Positions 1 through 9,228 of a stretch of 64,000 bases of DNA are shown piece by piece. Under the pieces are notes generated by a model, which saw nothing but the letters and a program-made list of their open reading frames with translations, ran no database searches and had not been told where the DNA came from. Origin of the DNA: a virus; IMG/VR virus record IMGVR_UViG_3300027800_000004, positions 12,345 to 76,344 of that record, one strand, 5' to 3'. The position numbers and the translations under genes were made by a program. Position 1 is the first letter of the stretch; every line of letters begins with the position of its first letter.

Positions 1-3000
1 TGCTCGTCTGTAACGGTGCTTAATAATCCCATTGAAAGGAACTTCTCTCCGTCAATATCAATGACCGGCTTCTTTAGTGTCAGTGATGATGCCTCTGTCT
101 CACCATCTGGAGTATATACGATGTACTTATAATCGTTCTTACGATCAAGTATGTTTGGCTTATACTGGTCCGGGAACTGTGGCTCTGCGGCAGGCGTTAC
201 TTTTGGTGCCTCTTTTTCTGGAGTAATTGTAACGGGTTCCTCTCCCTTGCCAATAAACTCATCAACACTCTTATCGAAGATCTCACCGATGCTCAGATCC
301 TTTATCTCCTTTGTAGGATTGTTAATCTTTCCCCAAGCAAGTTCAACGATGTCGTTTATATCTTCTTGACTGAAATCACCCTTGGCCTTAATACGGCTCT
401 CGATCTCCGGCATTGATTCAAGGATATAATCCTGCAGCTCTTTCTCAAACTTTAAACCTAACTGCTTTTTGGCATATTCGATCTTAGCAATCTCATCCCG
501 GTATGCAGCTCTCTCTTTTCTGCCCTCTCTTCCCTGGAACTTCTCTGCCTGTTTCTCTATATCTGCGATCTGCTTATCATAAGCCTCTGTTTGCTTTGTA
601 AGCGTTTCCTGTGCCTTGACAAGATTACCCAGAAAATCCTTTGCCGGTGTCTCCATGATCTTGCCCGGCTCTCCGTAAGTATATTCCTTTTTGAGTTTTT
701 CCGGAAGTTCAACCGGCTCCATGCCGGCTTTCTTCATCTCGGCTCCCTCTGCCTCCAGTTGCTTTAGCCTCTTCTCTATTTTCGTAGGCTCTGGTGTCTT
801 GACATAGAACGCACCTGTTGACTTTCCAAGTCCTTTTGCGGGTGGAGGCCCTGCCGGTAATGCCTGGAAATCCTTGCCGTAATAACCTTTCTCTGCAAGG
901 ACCTCATTGAATACCTGTAATCTCTCGTAATGGTTCTCAAGTCTTAATGCAAGTTCAAGTCTGCTGCCAACTTTATAGTAAATGTCAGCCTTGACATCTT
1001 CGGCCAGAGCCTTTACACTCTTGCCTGTCTCGATATCTATCAGATCAAATCCAACTACTGTGCCTCTCTTGGTCTTTAATACTTCATTCACTTCATAATA
1101 CACATCATCCATCTGAACAACATCCATCGGTTTAACATCTTTTAACGATGATGTTTTCAGAGTAACAAATCCGTCAAATGCCGGATCGTTATTCATGTTC
1201 TCCAGCACCTTGATGGCATCCCTGTTGGCATCAACGGCCATTCTGAGAACGCTTACCGGCATTTTTTTGGCATATTCCTCTGTCTCTGCAATCCTTTGCA
1301 TCTTCAGATCTTTACCAGTGATAGGTTCCTTGGTCATATCCAGCCACCGGTAGAGTTCTTTTGCAGTATCAGTATATCCTTTTTCGTCTGCAGTTCTGGC
1401 AGCATTGAATACCTTGGCTCTCATTTTAGGATTGAAATATCCTGTCCAAGATGCGCCTCCGCTTTTACCCCACTTGGCTCCAAGGGGTGCTGTCATGGCT
1501 TTTTGGCTCCCGGTAGTCAAGGCTCCCATGCCTCCGAAGAAGATACCATTGACAGTAAGTTCCATCAGGACCCTTTTCGTTACCTCATCGAGATTAGGAT
1601 AGAGATTATTCATCTCTTCTTTGATCGTGCTATCAGAGAGTAGCGCATTTGCCATCGCTGATGTAGCTAATCCGGCCTCCATACCCACCGTTGCACCTAC
1701 GGCACTCTTATATGCCATATCAATGAACGGTTGCAGGATATTGCCCCATTTGCCCCTTAATTTGACTTCTGGCAGAAATAGATGTGCGGTATTGATACCG
1801 GTCATAAAGCCTGGTGTCATACCCATCATCCCTGTGAAGGCTGCTTCATCTATGGCAGATGAGATAACTAAACCCTTAAGTTTACTCACACTGGTTGGTT
1901 TGACCTCGCTGATCACCTTCCATCCGGTAGGCACCGGGTCTGCAAACCTCAATGTTCTGGTAAGAGGCTTACCGGCCTCTTTCAATACAGGGTTCTCAAT
2001 TATCTTCGTGCCATACCTTAATTTACTGATTAATGGTGCAGACTTCAATACGTTTGTGGCACCACCTATGAGCATAAGCATCGGAAGGTCTGCCATAAGA
2101 CTTCCGGAAAACGACATGGTTTGCTCAAGGAACCCCGGAGTTATCTGGTCAATCTCTTCGTCTGTCCAGCCTATACCTTCCCTCATGCCAAGTTCACCCA
2201 TCTTCTGAAGGATAGTCTGCTCCGTTACCCTGCCTGATATTGGTGTTTCTTGTTTGGATATCCCCTTAAGGATTGCATCGCCCATGACCTCAAACTGATA
2301 TTTGGCATCCTTCTTAATGTCCATAGGGCCTTCGTTGGCATAGTACATCCTAGATGCAGCTTCAAACATAGCTGTCTTTTCGTACTTCATCTTTTGGGCG
2401 TTCTCCATTGCCGGAGAGATTGGGGCCGGCCTAAACCCTACTGTCCGGGCAGCCTGTTGTGGATCAGCATAGGGTGTTGATGCTTCTTTATACTGTTTTT
2501 CAAGCCTTGCATATTCCTCATCCCAAAACTTCTTCTCAACAAACGCATCATTGACGATCTGGTGCAGCCTTTCCTTATCTGAAGGATTACTCGTTATTGA
2601 TCCAGTAATGTTTTTATCAGTATCAATACTCTCATTAAAATCATTGATTTCTTTTTCAAGGTCTTTCTGCACCTTGATAAGATCAATCTGGGCCTTTTTC
2701 CACTCATCTACCTCCGGACTGGTGGCGATTAATGCTCCCTTCAAAGAGTCCTGTGCGGCCTTCCTCAGTTCCTCGACTTCAGCATAAGCCTCCATCAACT
2801 GATCCTGTTTGAGATCGAGTTGTTCTTTCTTCTTTGATAATGGATGGTCCGGTGATGATGCTATTGCACCATTGCGGAGTTGCTCCATGTACTTATTGAT
2901 AAGAGCCAACTGATCTGCATCGGCCTCTGTCTCCGGCTGTAATTTCCTCTGGCCGGTAACGGGGTCAATGAACGTGCCTGGTTTGGCATCTTTGACATAA

Positions 3001-3746
3001 GGTTGTGCTTCCTGTTGTACTGCCTGTTCGAGTTTTATGGGATCCCATTTCTCCTTTAACTTATCAACCATGCTTCTGTTGGCAGTATAATGAAGCATGT
3101 CCAGTAACCGGTTACGGTCCTCTTTCGGAATACCCTGCTCCTTAAGGTATTTCTCAACCTTCTTCTTTTCTCCAAACCCTTCGGTCAGGACATATTGTTC
3201 GGGATTGGTCTTGATATAGTTATAGTCCGGATGCTCAAGCAATTTGGGGATTACTCCGGCTATCTTTTCTTCATTTGCGCGGACTGCCTGAAATGCTTCC
3301 GCGGACTTATTGAGATAAGTATCACTGATTACCGGCTTGATTGCGTCTTGCCGGGCATAGAATTGATCGTAGATTTGCGATTTGTCCACAAAATCTGGAT
3401 AATCCAGTTCCGGAACGACTGGCTCTTGTTCTTTTTTTTTTGACAGACTGAGTTTAGCGATATTACTATCAATGAACTTTTGCCTTAATTCCTTGATGGT
3501 GTTTACATCTTTAAGGCCCATCTCATTATAATAGGGTGTTGAGATACTGTCAAAAAACTTCCCAAGAGTATTGCGCTGACTTACTGAGTCCTGGCGATAT
3601 AACCGTTCATCAGCAAAGAACTGGTCCTTATCTCTCTGGTAAAGGTCTTTTTTTACCTTAAGAACATCAGGAGTATAATCTTGTGTCGGCTGATCAACCG
3701 GAAGCTCCGGTGCCGCCACTTCTTCTTTTTTGCGCTTTTTATCCAT
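1..3746 (-). CDS. Very large virion/ejected (cargo) protein, partial (runs off the left edge, >1240 aa)
   Basis: Not in the ORF track. ATG at 3746 (MDKKRKKEEVAAPELPVDQP...); the same frame is open at the window edge (...DIDGEKFLSMGLLSTVTDE), though not every codon between was checked. It follows two smaller cargo-type genes, as in crAss-like phages. No RNA-polymerase motif recognised in the visible part. Confidence 0.75.
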   Translation of the reverse strand, partial: MDKKRKKEEVAAPELPVDQPTQDYTPDVLKVKKDLYQRDKDQFFADERLYRQDSVSQRNTLGKFFDSISTPYYNEMGLKDVNTIKELRQKFIDSNIAKLSLSKKKEQEPVVPELDYPDFVDKSQIYDQFYARQDAIKPVISDTYLNKSAEAFQAVRANEEKIAGVIPKLLEHPDYNYIKTNPEQYVLTEGFGEKKKVEKYLKEQGIPKEDRNRLLDMLHYTANRSMVDKLKEKWDPIKLEQAVQQEAQPYVKDAKPGTFIDPVTGQRKLQPETEADADQLALINKYMEQLRNGAIASSPDHPLSKKKEQLDLKQDQLMEAYAEVEELRKAAQDSLKGALIATSPEVDEWKKAQIDLIKVQKDLEKEINDFNESIDTDKNITGSITSNPSDKERLHQIVNDAFVEKKFWDEEYARLEKQYKEASTPYADPQQAARTVGFRPAPISPAMENAQKMKYEKTAMFEAASRMYYANEGPMDIKKDAKYQFEVMGDAILKGISKQETPISGRVTEQTILQKMGELGMREGIGWTDEEIDQITPGFLEQTMSFSGSLMADLPMLMLIGGATNVLKSAPLISKLRYGTKIIENPVLKEAGKPLTRTLRFADPVPTGWKVISEVKPTSVSKLKGLVISSAIDEAAFTGMMGMTPGFMTGINTAHLFLPEVKLRGKWGNILQPFIDMAYKSAVGATVGMEAGLATSAMANALLSDSTIKEEMNNLYPNLDEVTKRVLMELTVNGIFFGGMGALTTGSQKAMTAPLGAKWGKSGGASWTGYFNPKMRAKVFNAARTADEKGYTDTAKELYRWLDMTKEPITGKDLKMQRIAETEEYAKKMPVSVLRMAVDANRDAIKVLENMNNDPAFDGFVTLKTSSLKDVKPMDVVQMDDVYYEVNEVLKTKRGTVVGFDLIDIETGKSVKALAEDVKADIYYKVGSRLELALRLENHYERLQVFNEVLAEKGYYGKDFQALPAGPPPAKGLGKSTGAFYVKTPEPTKIEKRLKQLEAEGAEMKKAGMEPVELPEKLKKEYTYGEPGKIMETPAKDFLGNLVKAQETLTKQTEAYDKQIADIEKQAEKFQGREGRKERAAYRDEIAKIEYAKKQLGLKFEKELQDYILESMPEIESRIKAKGDFSQEDINDIVELAWGKINNPTKEIKDLSIGEIFDKSVDEFIGKGEEPVTITPEKEAPKVTPAAEPQFPDQYKPNILDRKNDYKYIVYTPDGETEASSLTLKKPVIDIDGEKFLSMGLLSTVTDE

Positions 3747-3748
3747 GT

Positions 3749-5389
3749 CTATTGTTCAAGGGCCTTGAATAGATCCTCGGTGGTTTTCGTTTTATCCTCA
3801 AACAAATTATTGATTTTGGACGTACTATTCAACTGTGTCTCCATATCATTGATGTACTTGTCATACGGGGTCCAATCTTGCTTATTCTCTTTTGCTGCCG
3901 TAAAGAGATCCTGTTTTACCTCATCATAAGGTACAATGGATGTTTCTGTATAAGACTGCGTTCTTCCAGAGGAATCTGGCATGTAAATATTGAATTGATC
4001 TCCCAACGATGCTGCCTGTCCTTCCTTGACCTGTTTGTACGACAATCCAAAGTGAATGTATGGTTTGTACTGTATCTGGTGAGGCGGAGCCATGCCCTGT
4101 TCCCTGGCACTGGCGTTCTCAAGTCTTATCTGCTCAAGAACATGCAATGGTATCCTCTCACCTGGCTTGATTGTCTCGGTAATCATCTCCGTACCCCTGG
4201 GATCCTTGACCTTTATTGCCATTGCTTTTGTGGCAACCGGGTACATGTTTGCCTCTACCGGAACTGCCGGGATTGCCTTGCCCTTGCCTTCTACCTGGCC
4301 GGTGATAGCATTTATGTTATTGGCAGAACCCATGATAGTTATGTTCTTAAACCCAAAGGTTGCTGCAATAGGTATGCGTCCAACACCCTCATAGGGTACA
4401 ACTTTGTCACCACTCTTGCTTGATGTGTTGTAGTAGATATCCCTGACCTGCGGTTGGACAGGGTAATTGCCCGTAGTATCTTTCTCTGGAATACCATAGC
4501 CGGCTCCCATACCCCCTGTTCCGGAAATCCCCTGCTCATAACCTTTCTTTACCGGATATTCTGGACCGTAATTCTGCATGATCCAATCCTCTTTGTTCAT
4601 CACTCCCTTTTCCGGATCGGCCTCAAACATCTTATCTACGGCATTCTTTATGTTTGTAGGTGCGGCCTTATATGCCTTGAGGATACCGGCTTTTGCTCTT
4701 GCAGGATCAACACCTTCCCAGGTTGACTTGCCCCATTTACCAGTAGTCTCGTCAATAATAAATCTACTGACGGTCTTATCTGTGCCAGGAACAAATTTCG
4801 GTATAGCCGCTTGAAAATATTTACCGGCATCCACCGGCCTTGCCTTACCAACAATAAGTTCTTTTGACAACGGACTTCTTCCAAGAACGCCACCCTCTGC
4901 TTTCATCCATTTATCAATCTGTTCCTGTGTTGCATTAATGTCAATGTCTCTCTCTTCTTCTGGTTTCCCGGCCTGTTGATTTATTATTTTTTCAACATCG
5001 CCAATCGTTGCTTTCTCCTGCTGCCAGACATCGTGTTTCTGTTTAATGTCTGCCAACTTTGTTCTGAATGCTTTTGCAATCTTCCTCTCTGCTCCGCTGG
5101 AAGGATCGTAGATGTTATATCCTTTACTTCCAAGTTCTACATATTGATCTTTAAGATTTTCAAGTTCACCACTTATCTCATCATAGCCCTGCTGATCTTC
5201 CCATCCCTTGATGTCAAGGTCAATGAGTTTCTTCCCGGCCTCAAAGTCCTTATCTCTTTTTTCCTTGAGTGCCTGACCATATTGTAGCCTTTCAAGCCGT
5301 ACTCTTTGTACTGCCTGTACCGGATCGTATGATGATGGCCCGAAAAATGGTGCCGCTACAAAGCCGGGATCTATTTTACCGTTTGCCAT
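3749..5389 (-). CDS. Putative ejected/internal virion protein (546 aa)
   Basis: Long ORF with a helical, charged N-terminal half; lies downstream of the muzzle and the small cargo gene. Confidence 0.6.
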   Translation of the reverse strand: MANGKIDPGFVAAPFFGPSSYDPVQAVQRVRLERLQYGQALKEKRDKDFEAGKKLIDLDIKGWEDQQGYDEISGELENLKDQYVELGSKGYNIYDPSSGAERKIAKAFRTKLADIKQKHDVWQQEKATIGDVEKIINQQAGKPEEERDIDINATQEQIDKWMKAEGGVLGRSPLSKELIVGKARPVDAGKYFQAAIPKFVPGTDKTVSRFIIDETTGKWGKSTWEGVDPARAKAGILKAYKAAPTNIKNAVDKMFEADPEKGVMNKEDWIMQNYGPEYPVKKGYEQGISGTGGMGAGYGIPEKDTTGNYPVQPQVRDIYYNTSSKSGDKVVPYEGVGRIPIAATFGFKNITIMGSANNINAITGQVEGKGKAIPAVPVEANMYPVATKAMAIKVKDPRGTEMITETIKPGERIPLHVLEQIRLENASAREQGMAPPHQIQYKPYIHFGLSYKQVKEGQAASLGDQFNIYMPDSSGRTQSYTETSIVPYDEVKQDLFTAAKENKQDWTPYDKYINDMETQLNSTSKINNLFEDKTKTTEDLFKALEQ

Positions 5390-5398
5390 TTCTATTAA

Positions 5399-6088
5399 TT
5401 ATTTAATTCCGAAAGCCGGAACATTAAGTGTTGTATTTTGCTTTTTGGTAATCTGAGCAATAATATCTGCCAAGTCTTTCTCGGAAACTGCTGATCCTCC
5501 TGTCCCTTTTCCTAATAATGAGGAAAGGATGTCCGTATTCTGCGTGGCAGTAGCAACGCCCCCGATATTCTTTACTGCCGCCATGACGTTCTGCCCACCG
5601 GACTCTCTCAATGCCTGTGCTGCCTGTGCTGCCTGTAAGTATGGCATTTCCTTATTCCAGTAGTCAACTCGTCTTTCTTCCTGATAAACTGGTCCCTGCA
5701 GAACATCCATGTACTGACCCTGTGCCTGGTATCTCTGCTGTGCTGCCTGTGCTGCCATCTGAGTATAGTTCTTTTGCTGACCAAGAACAAGTTTATCGAG
5801 CAATCCATAAGCCTCTGCACCGGATCCAAGTTGTGATGCTGCCCTCAGTCCTGATGCGGTTGCTCCGGCAATCTCATTGCGATAGATCTCCCCTCCGGGA
5901 ATATCCTGGTCAAGTTGACGGGCATAGGCATATCCCTGAAGGTCCTTTATGGACTGTGAGGTTGTTGCTTTTGGTCGGGGATATTGCTCTTCAAGTTTAT
6001 CTGCCTTCTTCTCCTGAAACGCACCCCAGATACCTTGTACTGCGGATGTCGCTGCCCCTATTAATGCTGCTATTGTTACTGGATCCAT
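5399..6088 (-). CDS. Putative ejection/cargo protein with Gly/Ala-rich hydrophobic N-terminus (229 aa)
   Basis: MDPVTIAALIGAATSAVQGIWG start and Ala/Gln-rich helices, typical of the podophage pilot/ejection gene that follows the stabilization protein. Confidence 0.65.
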   Translation of the reverse strand: MDPVTIAALIGAATSAVQGIWGAFQEKKADKLEEQYPRPKATTSQSIKDLQGYAYARQLDQDIPGGEIYRNEIAGATASGLRAASQLGSGAEAYGLLDKLVLGQQKNYTQMAAQAAQQRYQAQGQYMDVLQGPVYQEERRVDYWNKEMPYLQAAQAAQALRESGGQNVMAAVKNIGGVATATQNTDILSSLLGKGTGGSAVSEKDLADIIAQITKKQNTTLNVPAFGIK

Positions 6089-6100
6089 GATATTGTCTTT

Positions 6101-8779
6101 TTAGCCACTTCTTTCACTGTCTGTTGATAAAACTATTACTGAGTAAATCCTTACTTTTTCATCGTGTTCCTCCGTTCTCAATCTTACATAGCAATATCTT
6201 CCTCTTATCTCTCTCCCGTTCATCGTCCTGGCGTTCATTGTTGCAAAGTTACCAGGACTATTCTCATCCTTGAGTATTCTGCCATAATAAATGCCCTCCG
6301 ACTTATTCCAAACAGCAACATACGTTTCCATAAGCACATAAGAGGCTTCATAGGGAATTAGGATATATCTGCTATTGCAATCAAACTGATGATCGGCATA
6401 GACGGCTAGAGAATTGAAAACCTTATTCTTTTCAGGATTGACATTGCTGACAAACTGAACATCACCTACCGTTGGAACCTTTGCCCATTCAAGCCAACCC
6501 TGTCCCTCATCCACATTCATTATGTAAAGTTTCTGACGATACATGTGGGCAAACCATATTCCCAGATGAACATAAGATTCTGTCTGTTGATCTATCCTGG
6601 TTATCCACCGGCCATGATGTTCGCTGAAGATCGCTCCCCAGACTACTCCGTTCATGTTCCAGTTAACCCAGATCTCATTATGCTCTACATTGGCACCAGA
6701 ATTAACCAGTAATAAGCGAGATCCACCTTGAAGCGTTATCCATGCTGAAAGATCCCGGAACCATCTCTTCATCTTATAGTCAGAGATAGGTAGTTGTCCA
6801 TTGGGTGCTGAACGTATGTATTTACCTTCGCTATTATCCCAATAATACAAGTTCCTATCATTAACCAAAACACTGTCCGGGTGCTGGCAGCCATAATTTG
6901 TTGACTCTTCCCTTGATGTGCCAAGAAGATTCTGAACCAAAGTGTAATTGCTTAATCCTCCATCGGCACTGAATGTCTGCACCCTGTTGATATAGATGCT
7001 TGTTTCTTTGTACATCTGAAGGACCTTGAGAGTAAATCCTATTTCTCTCAATGCAGTTATGTCTCCATTCTTTCTTGGTAAATCAACAAAGTCATTATAC
7101 ATGAATAGGGCAATATTGTTTACCTGAGTACCCTCAAGCAGTCTGCCTCCGTTTCTTATTCTCTCATGCAATGCTACCTGTTGCTGACTCACATCCCATA
7201 AGAATGGCCAACCCTGAGAGGTTAAGGCTGTCTGAAGATCCCACCAGTCACTCGGAGCAATGCTTTCTGCATAAAATGGCACTACGTTTACCGTTCCGGA
7301 TTCATAGTTCAGTCTGAAATACTTCCAGCAATCATTGGCTGTATTAAATATCTGTGCCTTTGTTGTGGTATTTCCATAAAGATCTATTACTTGGTCTATG
7401 TCTCCTTTATGATATTTATTGCCATTTGCGTCAATACCTATCTCAAAGACCATCCCTGTACCATAGAATATGGTTGTTCCCAGACCTTTTCGTGGCCTAT
7501 AAACTTCTACGAGAATATCATTTGCACCCTCAACCCATTCCGTAGGGGCATTTACGGCCTGTACGATAAGCCACTCGCCTCCAACCGCATCACCATACAT
7601 GGTACTGGTTCTCTCAATCTCATAATCGAAGTTTTCCTCAAATTCCGTAACATCACCAGAACCAGTATCTATTGTGCCGATAAGCCTTAATCTATCTCCA
7701 TGCTCCCATATATAGTCAGGAACTTTCCATCGGAGATTATTAATTCTTGTTTCATCCAAGGTATCCTGAATCATTACTGCCCATCTGTCATGAGTAAGAT
7801 CCTTGATGTCATTGATCCTAATCTGAAGGAAATAATCCATAGATATATTTCCGGAATAAACAATCTCGTAAGTTGTTGCCCAATCCGGGGGCCGGTGATT
7901 TATGTTAAAAGTGAGATAAGCAATAGTTGTTGTAAGAACATCCGGTAATCCATTTGGATTACCTTTCATATACCAGGGCAAATAAATATCGAAGTCATCT
8001 GTCTTAATGACTGAGCATCTTCTTGCTATTTCATCTTTATATACAAGTCCAAAGCCATGAACTGCACCATACTTCAATACTGGATACTTTGTGACAGTTC
8101 CATAAGAAGTGTAATATGCGCTAACCTCATAGCCATAATCCGGGAAAACATCAGTAAAGTTTCCTTCGCTTGGTGGTGGAAATGTATGATAAACTCTATC
8201 TAATGGCCAGAAATCAAGCCAGAATGGATATACAACCGGATCTGCATCTGAAGTTACTCTTGAGGGTCCCCAATTAGGATGAGCCAACATTGCAGCGTTT
8301 AGACCTACCGTCACATCATACCAGTTGTCTCCTGCTTGGGCCACATAAGATACAATATATGCGATGTCATTCTTTGTATCATCAACTCTTAGATAATAAA
8401 CATCACCGGAAGTAACAGGATTTGGTATAAGAACATGGGCGGAGACATAAAATCGAGTGTTTCTTGTTATTTCTCCTCCTGGCGTTGGATCCCAAGAATA
8501 TGGAGGTTTTCTTTGTGAAATATAAACATCCAGATTAATCGTGGTAAAATCTACTGATATGTCCGAATAATCAACATCAACCGACATATCTGGCTTAATA
8601 GTATCATACCCTTCAGTTATCTTTCCAAATACAACCGCATTGCCGGATATCAACTCCATGTGTCCAGCTTTTATTGGCACATAGGTAAAGGGTATGGCTA
8701 TCGCTTCGGCAGCGATTTGTTCTTTAATCCTGTCGTTGTAAAACTTTATGTCAATATCTTGATTATGTCCGTAAAGCAT
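6101..8779 (-). CDS. Tail stabilization (muzzle, P22 gp10-like) protein, C-terminal fragment (892 aa)
   Basis: Starts mid-domain (KFYND...VPIKAGHMELISGNAVVFGKITEGYD), followed by FGLVYKDEIARR, NGDITALRE, YGCQHPDSV, YYWDNSEGK, KNKVFNSLAV and NGREIRGRY motifs typical of crAss-like stabilization proteins. Confidence 0.8.
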   Translation of the reverse strand: MLYGHNQDIDIKFYNDRIKEQIAAEAIAIPFTYVPIKAGHMELISGNAVVFGKITEGYDTIKPDMSVDVDYSDISVDFTTINLDVYISQRKPPYSWDPTPGGEITRNTRFYVSAHVLIPNPVTSGDVYYLRVDDTKNDIAYIVSYVAQAGDNWYDVTVGLNAAMLAHPNWGPSRVTSDADPVVYPFWLDFWPLDRVYHTFPPPSEGNFTDVFPDYGYEVSAYYTSYGTVTKYPVLKYGAVHGFGLVYKDEIARRCSVIKTDDFDIYLPWYMKGNPNGLPDVLTTTIAYLTFNINHRPPDWATTYEIVYSGNISMDYFLQIRINDIKDLTHDRWAVMIQDTLDETRINNLRWKVPDYIWEHGDRLRLIGTIDTGSGDVTEFEENFDYEIERTSTMYGDAVGGEWLIVQAVNAPTEWVEGANDILVEVYRPRKGLGTTIFYGTGMVFEIGIDANGNKYHKGDIDQVIDLYGNTTTKAQIFNTANDCWKYFRLNYESGTVNVVPFYAESIAPSDWWDLQTALTSQGWPFLWDVSQQQVALHERIRNGGRLLEGTQVNNIALFMYNDFVDLPRKNGDITALREIGFTLKVLQMYKETSIYINRVQTFSADGGLSNYTLVQNLLGTSREESTNYGCQHPDSVLVNDRNLYYWDNSEGKYIRSAPNGQLPISDYKMKRWFRDLSAWITLQGGSRLLLVNSGANVEHNEIWVNWNMNGVVWGAIFSEHHGRWITRIDQQTESYVHLGIWFAHMYRQKLYIMNVDEGQGWLEWAKVPTVGDVQFVSNVNPEKNKVFNSLAVYADHQFDCNSRYILIPYEASYVLMETYVAVWNKSEGIYYGRILKDENSPGNFATMNARTMNGREIRGRYCYVRLRTEEHDEKVRIYSVIVLSTDSERSG

Positions 8780-8786
8780 CTGACAT

Positions 8787-9212
8787 TTAACTTACATAGA
8801 TTATCCCAAGTGAGTTCCATTCTATCGTTGAAGTGCCGTTTGTGACAATCTGGTTAGTGGTAAAATCAATGATACATCTTATTGGAGATGTTGACAAACT
8901 TCCTCCTACAAACGCATAGACACATCCATAGCGGTAACTTAGTGTTGCCGAAGGACCTATAACAACATTGGCCGCATCGAGGAAAGCATTGTTCCCATCA
9001 TAGGATTGCACTCTTCCGGTAATAGGCATACCTTCTACTGGATAAGGTCCACTGGCTGCGATCCTCCTGTCTACAACACCACTCTGTCCTGCGAATTGGT
9101 GTTGTGCGGGATCGGGTGTATATTGGTCATTAAGAAGCATAAGTCTTAAATCTTCTGCTACCCAGGCATCAACTATTGCCTTTTTTACAAATCTTGGTAC
9201 TACGCTTGCCAT
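8787..9212 (-). CDS. Small tail-associated structural protein (141 aa)
   Basis: Pattern DLRLMLL...FLDAANV...IIDF...NGTSTIEWNSLGII seen in small phage tail/fibre-attachment proteins. Confidence 0.55.
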   Translation of the reverse strand: MASVVPRFVKKAIVDAWVAEDLRLMLLNDQYTPDPAQHQFAGQSGVVDRRIAASGPYPVEGMPITGRVQSYDGNNAFLDAANVVIGPSATLSYRYGCVYAFVGGSLSTSPIRCIIDFTTNQIVTNGTSTIEWNSLGIIYVS

Positions 9213-9228
9213 GATATTTCGTTTTTAA

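Noticed and set aside
5611-5760. Short 9-bp tandem repeats (TGCCTGTGC)
   Set aside because: They simply encode QAA helical repeats in the cargo protein; not a CRISPR array or regulatory repeat.
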